This document shows, piece after piece, positions 14,401 through 26,400 of a stretch of 64,000 nucleotides of DNA. Origin of the DNA: Chrysomallon squamiferum (lineage: Eukaryota; Animalia; Mollusca); assembly GCA_012295275.1 (NCBI GenBank), contig CM022670.1, positions 29,202,001 through 29,266,000 on the forward strand. The letters are read 5' to 3'. Below the pieces are notes generated by a model that saw only the letters and a list, made by a program, of their open reading frames with translations, did not search any database and was not told the origin of the DNA. The first letter of the stretch is position 1. Each line of letters begins with the position of its first letter. The position numbers and the translations under genes are program-made.

Positions 14401-17400
14401 AGCAGAATGTGGATATTTTTGAAACAGTTTTTAATTCAATAAATAAATGTTGTTTCTGTCTTACTATCTGCTTATGATTATTTGATCACATTGTTTTTTA
14501 TATAGAGAATTTTATTTTTTCATAAATAAATACTAGAATGGGGTGATCAGGTAAAAAAGTACATCTGCAAATATAAACATCAAAATTATATTAGGTGGTT
14601 GTTTGCCAAGAGAGAGTGAGTGAACGAGTGAACAACTAGATAGTAAAAAAAGTTTTACTTTTTATTTTAAAGTGCACTAAAATAATTGTTCACTTAGAAC
14701 CCATATAATTGCAATTTGACTGATTTCTTGCTTATGTAATATAAAAAGTTATTTTTCTATTAAGTTTGCTTTAGTAGTATTAGTCTATACAAATTAAGAG
14801 AAATCGTATTTTCATGAATCTAGTAAGGGTTCTGACTACTGATTACCAATAGCAAATTATAAAATGTAAAATGGAAGTTTGGAAAAGTTCCAAATTTTGT
14901 GAATTAGTGTTACGAAAATTTCTTAAATCTTTTAAGGTATGTTTTTTTCAAATTCAGAACATGTGTAGCCTAAATGTATTTTGTATACTTTGAAATAATT
15001 ATTTGTTCACTTTAAAATAATCAACTTGGCTAATATTGCAGTATGACAATAAGAACACTGAATAAACATTCATATCCCTTATTCTTTCTTGGATTCACTG
15101 AAATGATCTAAACTGTTTACTAAAAACAGTAATAAAATAAATGTTCTGTATCATCTGTTAAATGAACATTAGAAAGATTACTGGAGCTAGCTAGATCTTT
15201 CATCATATTTCATGTTATTGTTTCATTTCCTTGTTCTTTCTGCAGCATGCTCACTTTTTTTAACTTTTTAAATTTAAAAATGCTCTGTTAATTGTAAAAT
15301 GGTGTTCAGACATCAAAGGTAATGGGTCATTCCATGTCAAATCACCCCCCCCAAAAAAGAAATTTAAACCCGACCATCTCAGATTTTTATCAAACTTGGT
15401 ATACTTGTTGACTGGGATCCCACAGCACCAAATCTGAAATTTTAGCCCAATTGGACCAGTAGTGTGGGAGATATGGCCCACTGAATTTTGAGATTTTTGC
15501 CAAAAATTGGCCTGACCACCAACTTTTGAACCCTCATATCTCAGGAACTACTGGGCCAATCTTCATAAAATTGGTACTGTTGAAAAGGCAATATGACAAG
15601 GATTCCAAATCTGCCATTTTTGTTCAGTTTGGAAAATACTGGAGTACATTTACCTTTTGACCTTTGCTATGACCTTGAAATTGACCATGTGGATCACATG
15701 ACCTTGAGATGACATTTATTGAAATTTAATCTCCCACATGTTAACTAAAACATATAAAAGTTTCCTGGGTGTAATATTTTTTGTTTAGCCACAATATAGA
15801 TTTTAAAAATGCACATACATGAAAATAACACCTTTTCAGCCATTAACATCTGATTAACTAAAACCTGAATGATCAATTCTGGATGCTAGGAATCACCGTC
15901 TCTTTTTATCACCAAGTAAAAACAAACAGTAATAAGAAAATCAAATATAATGAAAAAAATAATTCCTGCTAAAGCTTAAAGATCTAAGAAAAACAGATTT
16001 CAATATTTCTGGTCCATTTAATTAAGCAATGGCTTAGTTTGGTTTAGACAATAATAATTAACAGGATTTAAAAACAAGAAAATTAATAAGCAATTGATAA
16101 GAAACAAGGGAAAGTTCTATCAAATGAATTGAAGGAGGAAATAGTCCAGTTTTATGAAAGTGATGAGAACAGTAGAATATGTCCAGGAATGAAGGATACA
16201 GTGAGCATTTTCTTATTACTGTTTGTTTTTAAACAGATGGTGAGAAGGTTAAGCATCAGAAACACCTAGTTCTCTCAAATTTATGTGAACTTTATGCATA
16301 CATATAGGCCTACAATGTCTTACTTGGTGATAAAAAGAGATGGTGATTCCTAGCATCCAGAATTGATCATTCAGGTTTTAGTTAATCAGATGTTAATGGC
16401 TGAAAAGGTGTTATTTTCATGTATGTGCATTTTTAAAATCTATATTGTGGCTAAACAAAAAATATTACACCCAGGAAACTTTTATATGTTTTAGTTAACA
16501 TGTGGGAGATTAAATTTCAATAAATGTCATCTCTAGGTCATGTGATCCACATGGTCAATTTCAAGGTCATAGCAAAGGTCAAAAGGTAAATGTACCCCAA
16601 TATTTTCCAAACTGAACAAAAATGGCAGATTTGGAATCCTTGTCATATTGCCTTTTCAACAGTACCAATTTTATGAAGATTGGCCCAGTAGTTCCTGAGA
16701 TATGAGGGTTCAAAGGTTGGTGGTCACACCTGTTTTTGCCAAAAATCTCAAAATTCGGTGTGCCGTATCTCCAACACCACTGATCCGATTGGGCTAATAT
16801 TTCAGATTTGGTGCTGTGGGATCCCAGTCAACAAGTGTACCATGTTACATAAAAATCTGAGATGGTCTGGTTTAAACCATTGGGTGATTTGACACGGAAT
16901 GACCCTAATAAATACAAAATAGATATTATAGACATGTTAATGTTTTCATTGTGTGTTATTTAATTTCAAATGATAATGAGATCAGTAAATTGTTTTCTAG
17001 TTGATATTAAACAAAAACTAATAGAAATGTTAATTGTCTTTATTTTAACATTTCACCTGTTTTGTTTTGGGTTCTTTTTTTTTTTCTTCTTTTTTTTTCT
17101 ACTTTCTAGTGTTTCTTTTTTAATAATTTATTTGTTTTCATTATGTTGTTAGATTAAATTAAACCTTTTGAGAAGTGATTAGTCAGGGTTTGAATTTTTC
17201 TTAAAATTAGTGATGGGGCCCGCCCCCAAAAATGTGTAATATTATACTTCTGTTAATTCAGTTGTAATGTGTAAAAATAAATAAATATAGCTGTACTGCA
17301 AAAATATAATTAATTATTCATCTACCAGTTTGGGTTTTAATTTTCATACAAAGCTATTCTGGTGATTTATCTTCCAAAATCTGCGAGCAAATTGAAGAAC

Positions 17401-19728
17401 TAAAACTGAAACTTTGGTTGCTGCCTAGCAAATGTCAATGTGAAACTCAAACACTTTATTATGTTGTCTAATTCATGTTGACTAAACAGTTTTTACTTCC
17501 AACATTCTGGGATATATCTTTCTGCTGATAGAAAAGAATTGTTGATTCAAAACAAACTGTAGAATTCCTGTTTGTTTATCACAAGCTCTTCTGTCTAAAT
17601 GCGTTAACAAAATTTCAGAGATAAATTAAATCATGTTGATTTCTGCTCTATCTTGTTGAAAAGGGATTGTTGATGATTATAATCGTTCTTCCTTGTGATA
17701 AATTTAAAGTGCACTGGATTCTGACTAAATCAAAATCAGTGGCAGTGAATTTTCTCTATACAATAAGCCTTACTGCAGTTAAAAACAAAACATCAGTAAG
17801 TACTTCAGAAAAGTGGACGTTCTATTAGTCTGTTCTTTATATCTACTTGATTTGAGAAATATTAAATCTATAAGTAAATATGCTTAGGAATAAACACACG
17901 ACAAAAATACTCTAATTGATCAAGCAGTAAGTAACCATTACAATCAGTGTAGTTCATTGTTGTAAACCCTTCAAAAAAACATTACTACTTAACTTTTGGA
18001 ATCCAGTGTTTGTACACTGCTGGCATTATTCAAAGAATACAAGTGTATGCAGAGAGCCAGTTGCCATTTAAATTATTCCTTTTTCTCTTAAACTGAATCA
18101 GAAATCTGAAAACTGAATCTAGAGTTTTATTGTTTAAGACACATGATAGCTAGACTGATAGTCAACGCAGAAGTTCATTTAGGCCAACTACTGCATATAT
18201 ATAAATATAATTTCTTTTTTTGTAGCTTAATTTTTTATACTGTAATATTCTTGACCATTCAGACAGTAAAATGTAGCTAAATTAATTGAATTATTTCCAT
18301 TACTTTTTGTTCATTAGATTACCTTCAAGTTAAAATGTTTTTATTTAAAAAAATAAATAAGAGTTCAGTTAATGTATTTATATGAGCATATAACACATTT
18401 AAAATCGGATGGTGTCAGTAAATTAGTCATTTTATTAAATTTGGTTTCCAGAAGAAGTTTTGATATGGGAAGGAAAGTTACACCAACAGAACAGAATATA
18501 GTAATGAAGAATGGTGATCAGATAGAATATGACACCCAGTACTGCCAGCTTCCATCACCCATGCATATGGTGACTTCTCAGTCACCAATGGTAGCCAGTC
18601 CAGCAATTGCTCAGCCTCCAATCTGTTGGATGGTGGCTATCAATGTTCCATACATGAACACCTTTGGACAAGTTAACTTGAACTGGAATCCATCTCAAGA
18701 TCCTATGGGGAAAGATTTACCAATCTCTGGTTAGCATCAAAACTGATTATATTCTTTAAATTATTTAAAGACTTAAATTGTTTGTTTGTATTTTTTAAAA
18801 TCTTTTTTGAGGGGTGTCTTTGCCTTGGGGGGGGGGGTAATTATTATTTTTATTATTATTATTATTAATGAGAATGCAAGAAATGGGAAGTATGCTGGTT
18901 TTTGTCTGTTTCACTGTCTGAAAGTTATATGGAAATAATGGTTGAGTTTAATGGGTAAGGTAATTCTAAATCTGTTTTTGAGACATTGGCAAAAATTTGA
19001 AATAAATGATTTTGTTTGCTTGCTACTCTTATTTCTTCTGTCAGATTTAAAAAAAAAAAAAAAATTTAAATCTCTTACTTTGTATCTCTGATGGTCTGAA
19101 CATACTTTTAAATAAATTCTGAGTACATTAAATATAAAGAGTTCTTTTTGTTTGGTAATCTGATTGCAATGATCCTTGGAGGCTGACATTTTTCTTTTAC
19201 TCTTTTATTATCTTGTTTCACACACACACACACACACACACCATTCAAGAGAAAAACAAAAACTCATATACTGAAATATATAATTGCCACTAACAGTATA
19301 TATATATATAAATATATAAAAGCCTTAATGAATATTAATGAACTTGTTACATTATTGTCATACTTTTTTATTAGCAAAGAATTGTTTTGAGCAAACAAAT
19401 CAAACTTAATGTGCTTAAGCTCTCTGTATTTATAAAAAATATACACAATATGGTGTACAGCTTCATAAGTATACTTTAATATAGGACATTTTTTTCTGTT
19501 TCTCTCTACTCAGATATCAACACACTGAGGTATTTCTTCAACCTGGGAGTTGAGGTAAGATAACTTTTTAGTTACAGTTGTGTTGTTATTTACATCCTAT
19601 TACTACTGTATAATGCTTCTTTTTTTTTCTAGGAAAAAAGTATTATCTACTAGACTGTTTATATTTAAATTAAAACAAATACTTTACTTTGATCACTTTG
19701 CTTGTGTGTATGTATGTTTGTATGTTTG

Positions 19729-19759
<31 letters not shown>

Positions 19760-22700
19760 TACATATATGTGGATGTATGTTTGTAAGTATGTAAGAATGT
19801 ATTTTTTTTTTTTTTTTTTTTAGTTTGACATGCTTGTTTACCAATTGTCAAGTTTATATGACAGCGTTTTAAACATATAAATATGCAAAGAGGAGAGCAT
19901 GTGTTTTATTTTATTTATAAACAAACACCTGAATGTTAATGGGACCTTTGAGCTCATTTGTTGAATTTTGATTACTAAAAAGTGTAAAAATACCTTAATT
20001 TAGAATGATTTAATAATTTCCATAACATTAAAATAATAAAATAAGTAATATTAGCTTGTCACTTTATTTGTAATACAGCCATATGTTACTAGTAATAAAC
20101 AAGTAACCAAATTATTTTGTTCCCTCTATCCCTAAATCCAAGTTTTAGAAAATTGTTTGCTAATAATAAAAGATAGTTATCTGTTGTTAACATGTAATCT
20201 TTAGGTTAGGTGACCATTTTCATACAGTTTCTTTTTTACCATCTAAAAAAACTAGTGTGACAGCAGTCTGCAGTTAGGAAAATGAAAGTGTATCAATAGT
20301 GCTGAAGGTCATCTTATAAGGATCTTTGTTGCATTTGACAGTTGACATTTAACTTTTGATAGTCTGTTATTTTAAACAACATGCTCGGCTTTGATTTTCT
20401 TTCACACGATACTCTTAATATTACATAAACTAAGAAAAAAATACTTTTCTTTATTCCAGATAAACCTCTGAGTGTTTGTGTGTGTGTCTGTCCGTGTCTG
20501 TGAGTGTGTGTGCAGATTATAAAAGATACATGCACAGTCTATCTTTATTTTGCACCATAATTCAGTTATCACTGGCATTTCATAGACTTTTATATTTGGG
20601 AAAATTTAGTATTAAAATTCTACACATACACATGTACACACACACATGCAGATATATATGCATATATAATTTTTTTAATCCTTTGTTAAATCAAACATTG
20701 TTAAACAAATCTAAACAAAGAGGTAATTATTTATAATTTCAGTATATATGTATTGTGTGTCTGTGTGTGTGTGTTTCTATAAAATATTTTTACAATGTGA
20801 TGATCAGCATTTGTCAATTTTTCCAAAAGATATTTTTTGGTGGAGATTTGTTTTTGTTGGATTTGACCGTAAACCAATGTTAAAGTAAAGATGATGTTTA
20901 TGTATTGCATTACTGTAAGTAAAGTATGGCTTCTGCATAATAACGTTGTTTGTTTCAAGTTTGCATTTTTCAATGTAAACTTTTTTCTTTTTATTTTAAA
21001 CTGTTACCAGTACAACATAGAAATTCTGAACAACTAAATCTACTTTTCTTTCAACAGATGGTTTAATTTAAGAGTTTCTTGTGTTTAAGATAAAGATGAA
21101 TCAGTCAGATGTGGTGACAAGTCAATAACAGACATGTATTACTAGTTAGATGTTAAGCTGTTGCCATACCATGTTGTTCCAGGTGTATGTTGCATTCTTT
21201 CATTGTTGTGTGGATAAAATACATATGTTAACTTGTAGATCAGTTAACGCTTGTAATATTCATTTGTTTGGAAGAGTTGACATGTAAGTTTATGTTATTC
21301 CTGTAGCTGGAATTAGTAGAAGAGGAGAAATGAAGTGAGACTTTAAAAGGTTGGAAAACAAAAATAATGTATGAACATTTTCTCAGACTTGTTACTAACT
21401 GGTTGCTTTGAAATATACAACTATAAAAATAAAAATATGTAAATGTTTTGATTAACTATAAAATTCTTACTACATTTAACTAAAGATCAACATATTCTAC
21501 TTAAAGCTTTTTATTTTTTTCTTATTTTGTTAAGATAGTTTGTGAATCCAGTTTAAAAAATATGTTGGTGGTTTTGGGTTTTTTTATTTTTTTTTAACTG
21601 ATGATCAAATACAGTTAGTGTAACAAATTGACAGTTTCATATTAAATAAGTATTTTCAGAGGCCAGTTATTGCTTGGATGCTCACCATCTCATGTTTTCT
21701 GCACAATTACTTCCTGCTTCATCTATATGCAGTTTTAATCTTTTGAAAACTCAAATGTTAGACAAGAACTTAGTAAAATATTACTGTTGGAGAATATATA
21801 TTAAAGTACATTTTAGTTACAATAAGTTTGCTATAACTTTCTAAGAATAAAGAAGAACGTTTCTTTTTTTTAATTGTAGTACTACAGACTGGCATCCGGC
21901 TTACAGCAGTCTCAGATGCAGATGATGGGACCACCCCTACCTCCATCACAGACCCCACAACCACCACCACCACCACCACCTGCATCAATGATGACAAGTG
22001 AAATAATGTCAACAGTTAACATGCAACCACAGATGGATCAGGGTCAGTGCTCTTCCCATCAGCCAAATACCAAATGTAATAAATGTTTTTCAAAAAACCA
22101 CATACAAGCTAATTTTAGAAATGATAAAAGTTCAGACAAGATTGATGAGGGAAGTTCTTCATTGCTGGAATCTGATAGAGATGTGGACACTTACAGTCTT
22201 TCTCAGGAGAGTGGTTGTCTTAGTGATTGCTCTGAGAGTCTCAGTCCTACCAAATCAGAAGGGCAGTCAGAGAATGGAGACACTGCAGAAATACTTACAC
22301 CTAATTCAAAACTAGAAAATGGGAGCATGTCTCACTCTGACCTTTTGGTGGAGGGTAACCAGGAACAAAGCAAAAGCACAAAAGGAAAGAAAAAATACTA
22401 CATGTATGGCAGTCATAAACTTGTGAAACCTATCAAAGATATTCCTCCACGTTTTCAAACACTGTTAGCTGAAATGAGTGCAGCTAAACTCCGTTGTGAA
22501 GGTCAGCTAATATACATTCAGAACAAATTTGATCATGAGACTCACCTGAATGTTGATGCTAGTTGCTTTGTTCCTGGAAATGAATTGCCTAATAGCATTC
22601 CTTTAGATAGGTTTGGTAATGGTACTGGGTCAGTTAGTTTCATTCCTTGTATTATGCCTCCTCCAGGTTCTGATGTTAACAGTTCTGCACTGCCTCTGAT

Positions 22701-23412
22701 ACCCTATTATGGTCCACACCCACCTCCTCCCCAGCCTAATATTAATGGCATAATTAATAAGCCACCTCAGTTGCCAGTCAGTAATGCATCATTTGGTCAC
22801 TGTCCTACTTGTCATTTGCCTGTTAGTGCAAGTTCCTCTAATGCTAGAAATACATCTTCTCATGCTTCTGCTGCTAATGACAATAGCTGCTTAGCTCATT
22901 TTTCTGGTTCTTCTACAAACACAACCTTTTCTTCCCCCACAACCATTACTTCATCACTGCCAGTGTATGCAAACATGCCACAAAACCAGTTGCCCTCTAT
23001 GCCATTTATGACACCACCTCCAGTCCCAACAAACTCTGCCTTAACATCTGCTTCAGCTCCTGGTACATCAATAACCTATCCTCCTAATATTCCTGCTCTT
23101 GCTGCTCCACAATCTGTACCTTCTGTTCTTCCTCCTATTGCTTTGCCTTCTGTTTCTTCTGCAAACAACGCTTACCCACACAACTCTGCTGTTGAAGTGT
23201 CATCGCACCCTTTACCTGGTGGTGGAAGCTATTATATATATCACACTTCTTCTTCCTCTACAGGCTTTACTGCTAGCCACAGCATGTCTGCACAAACTCC
23301 AGTGTACTATGTTGTTAGTCCATCTTACGCAGCTGCTGCTTGTGGTTATCAGCCAGGAATTGCACCCACAGGCTACGGAGTTAACATGAACTGTCAAGCT
23401 GCTGCTCAGTGA
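4174..23412 (+). CDS. OTUD4/ALG13/ovarian-tumour (otu) family Tudor-domain protein, 5'-partial (702 aa within the window)
   Basis: Phase-consistent GT-AG exon chain 4174-4277, 5159-5211, 5708-5748, 12843-12901, 18452-18729, 19514-19554, 21880-23412 (2109 nt, open to TGA). Exons 1-2 give LYNGHIQELTDNKGPVVVFIEELGEK-RAVPYESLRH, matching the second half of the ALG13/OTUD4 Tudor domain (Y.aHIQE....V.VFIEELgEK..VP...L). Exons 5-7 give SQDPMGKDLPISDINTLRYFFNLGVEYY, the S.DP.G.DLP..D..L..FFNLG...Y motif of ALG13/OTUD4/otu. The last exon is a long Pro/Ser/Gln-rich tail. Small exons 5708-5748 and 12843-12901 rest on splice signals and phase only. The OTU domain and first Tudor strand were not found. 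Confidence 0.8.
4284..4340. repeat. Compound (TG)n(AG)n microsatellite directly after the Tudor exon donor
   Basis: Read directly from the sequence. Confidence 0.95.
10429..11132. mobile_element. Tigger/pogo-like (Tc1/mariner superfamily) non-autonomous MITE, 704 bp
   Basis: TA on both sides (10427-10428, 11133-11134). Imperfect ~24-bp TIRs: left CAGTATACCCTCACCTGTTCGCGG, right reverse complement CAGTATTCCCTCGCTATTCGCGG. CpG-rich ends against an AT-rich background, subterminal TTCGCG repeats, no transposase ORF. Confidence 0.85.
15324..16905. mobile_element. Foldback non-autonomous DNA transposon with ~600-bp TIRs, Sola2-like
   Basis: 4-bp TSD TAAT at 15320-15323 and 16906-16909, with GGG...CCC termini. 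Arm 15324-15919 is the near-perfect reverse complement of 16320-16905. The spacer holds a transposase-like remnant. GRG/CYC ends, a 4-bp AT-rich TSD and long TIRs fit the Sola2 group as I recall it. Confidence 0.85.
16099..16301 (+). pseudogene. Disrupted transposase fragment inside the foldback element
   Basis: Translates KKQGKVLSNELKEEIVQFYESDENSRICPGMKDTVSI, then after a frame-breaking insert TDGEKVKHQKHLVLSNLCELYAY. Resembles the FY..D..SR..PG.KD / QK.L.L.NL.ELY pattern of invertebrate DNA-transposon proteins (recalled, not searched). Confidence 0.65.
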
Positions 23413-26400
23413 GGAAAGAAAGTTCAACAGCAGAAAGGCAAAGATTGAAGAACCTTTTTTACATGACGAAGCAAAATGAGGGTGGAAACAATCCAACTGT
23501 TTTTTCAAAACATTAAACAAATAATTGGTGTAAAATGATCGATGGAAATTTAAGCAAATATAACTTTTTATCTTTCTTTTTAAAAACATTATACTTAGTG
23601 CTTTTGGATAGTTTAAAATAATGCCATAGATGTTGAATTATCAAAATTTATGAACCTTGCCTACTGACAAAAACTGCCAGTACATTTATACATCTTTTGA
23701 ATAGTAACATATTTTCAGAATGTTCAAGACTAGACATCTAAAGTATATAGTAAATATGTTTCTGTCATTTCACAACTTTTGTTCTACAATGAAGAGCCAG
23801 CTGGATGTATGTATATTTCAAGTCGTCTTAATTTTGGCTCTCTTTTTTTTTCTTGCATTTTTAAAACTATTTGGTGAATTATTTCACTTGATAAGCTGAA
23901 GTATTTGATTCATGTGTTAGTGTTTTTGATTTGCTTTTATGACTTAATTTCTAAAATTAAAATGCTTAAAATAGTTGTATCTAAAATACATTTCATTTGT
24001 GTTGTTTTAATACTGACAGTTTGTGTGGACTATATTTTTTGTGACTGATACAACTTTGTGAAAATATGTTTCATTCTTTATATTTTTCTTTATTATTCAG
24101 TAGTTACAGTTTGATTTTATTTTACCCAACTAGTATAAAAATTTAACTGGCTTTTGTATCAGAAAGCAAATTGTTAAAATAGGACTATTTTTATTATTTG
24201 TCACTTTCTCACATAACATTTGTAATTCTGTTTATTATTAATTTGTAATTTGTTTATAAAGGATTAAATGACCTAATATGTTACTATCAACAAGTCCTTT
24301 TACTATTCAATAATGATTGAATGTTTTTAAATTTTGTTACGCAAAGATTATACATTTTCAGTTATTTTTGATACTAGAAAATAATTTTATTTTGTTTCAG
24401 TTAAGTATATGTGATCATTTTTTTACAACCATGGTTTGAAAATAATAAAGTACAAGAGAGGTTTGATAAAGGCAACTTTCATCATCTGTTTTTATGACAT
24501 GACATGGATAGAAGTACAGGATTATACAGAGATTGACCAGCTGTTAATCTGAACAGCTGTCAAAAACCAATATTTGTATAAATCACAGAAAGTTTATATA
24601 GTCTGTCCCTCTACCCATGATGTATCCACAATAAAGTCGCAGCTTTTAAATTTTTTGCACCATGACATTATTTTCCTCCATTATTATAACAAAAGTATGG
24701 GTGCAATCTGTTTGGTCGGAATTAAATATATTTTTATGTCACCATAGGTACTTTTGTTAGACACATATTGATCAGTCTTTTTGAAGTTGTATAATATTGT
24801 TATGGTATTTATTTTGAATAGTCTATGTAACTATATGCTATAGTGAATGTATGAAATAGTGTAACGTCTTGATGTTAAAGCGACAGGACCTTGTGCTGAA
24901 CTTGATATGAGTGTAGAACACGGCTTAAATTTATTCTCTAGACCTTTTATATTATGATTACTTTGTTATTAGTACAGTAGGTTAATCCTGATATTGAATA
25001 TCTCATTGATAAACACATTATTTCTCATAATTATCATTCAATTAAACTTTAATAAAAGATTTTAATAGTTTCAGATAACTCAGTATTTTAAAATGTATTT
25101 AAAGGGATAGTTTTGGCATATGCAACATAGTAGATATTTTTGAGTTGTCCATTTGTTTAAACACAGAAATATACTAAGATGCCTGTATATATAGTTTCAT
25201 AACTGCATTTTGAAATTACTGTTTATTTGTTTTATGTAAAATATGTTAATAAATGATGAATAATTATATAGTCAAATAGAAATGAGTTTCTATTACTGGT
25301 AAAAAGACTGAAAAATGTCTTCATGACGATTCCTTTTGGAATAGGAAGTACTTTATTCTTTCTTGATGGAAATAGAAATTTCTCTTTTATAATGTTTTTG
25401 ACTTTCTTTACACCTTTGCATTTCATTGTTTTACTTTTTTAAATTCATTTTGAGGAATACATTTTGAAAAGGGAAACCACATTTGATCAGCAATGTACTT
25501 GATTAATACTTGCTTTCAGATTTTCTTATTCATTTTTATAATATTTTCATTTCTGATGTTTTTTTGTGTTTCTTTGTTTTTTTAAAACAACATTTGCCTT
25601 AATCATATGCTTTTTAATGGAGATTTACACACACATGCTTACATACATGCACAGTGGTATACATTTATTTTGATAACAGGTGTCTTGCAAGAGGTCAAAT
25701 TGATTTAGTTTTTAAATTGATTCTGTCTCACTCTGAAGTTTAGAACAATCTACTCCTCTTTACACTGAAATAAACTATTTGCTAATAAAAATTGAAAGCT
25801 GTAAAATGTGTAAAAATTGGACTGTTTATCAATATAATGGCCTATTTCTGAAACATCACCTGACTCTTTTTTATCACATCAAGAAAAACACAATATCCAA
25901 ATATTTATTTTAAGAAGTGGATATTTATTTATTGTTATTATCTATTAATAATGCTTTATTATTATTATTTTATCTTTTTTAGTTTTTCATAGAGATTCCA
26001 GAAGATTATATTTTGGTGGATATCTTATTTTACACGAGTGCTCTTTGTCTTCTCTAGTTCTCCAAGGAACTAAATAAACATTTATATAATATATTTATAA
26101 TAGCAAAATCAAAGGTTGAAATACTTGTACTTGAAAACAATCAGTTGACTAATAAACTCAAGTTCACAGTGCACTGATTGATAATACATTCAAGTGTTTA
26201 AGATTGGAGAAGTAATTCATTTGCCAATTGTTCATGCAAACTGGTTTCTATATTTTCTTCTAACTGTGCAATTATTTTTGTTGGCATTAGGCATTTTATA
26301 GTATATTAGATGATGTAAATACAGAAGTAGTCATCCATTTAAAAACTCATTATGCTTATTAGTTGTATTTTGATTGTTATATGTTTGTTTTTAATGATGT

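Noticed and set aside
17667-17724. Box C/D snoRNA-like TGATGA...CTGA
   Set aside because: Too short, imperfect C box, no guide identified.
22075-22815. CNKC and HCPTCH pairs as a zinc finger
   Set aside because: About 240 aa apart in disordered sequence and matching no finger spacing I recognise.
21916-23412. 498-aa ORF as a stand-alone intronless gene
   Set aside because: An acceptor at 21879 joins it in frame to upstream exons and completes a family motif.
21770-23589. Antisense and alternative-frame ORFs overlapping the large last exon
   Set aside because: Shadow ORFs of a GC-richer, low-complexity coding exon.
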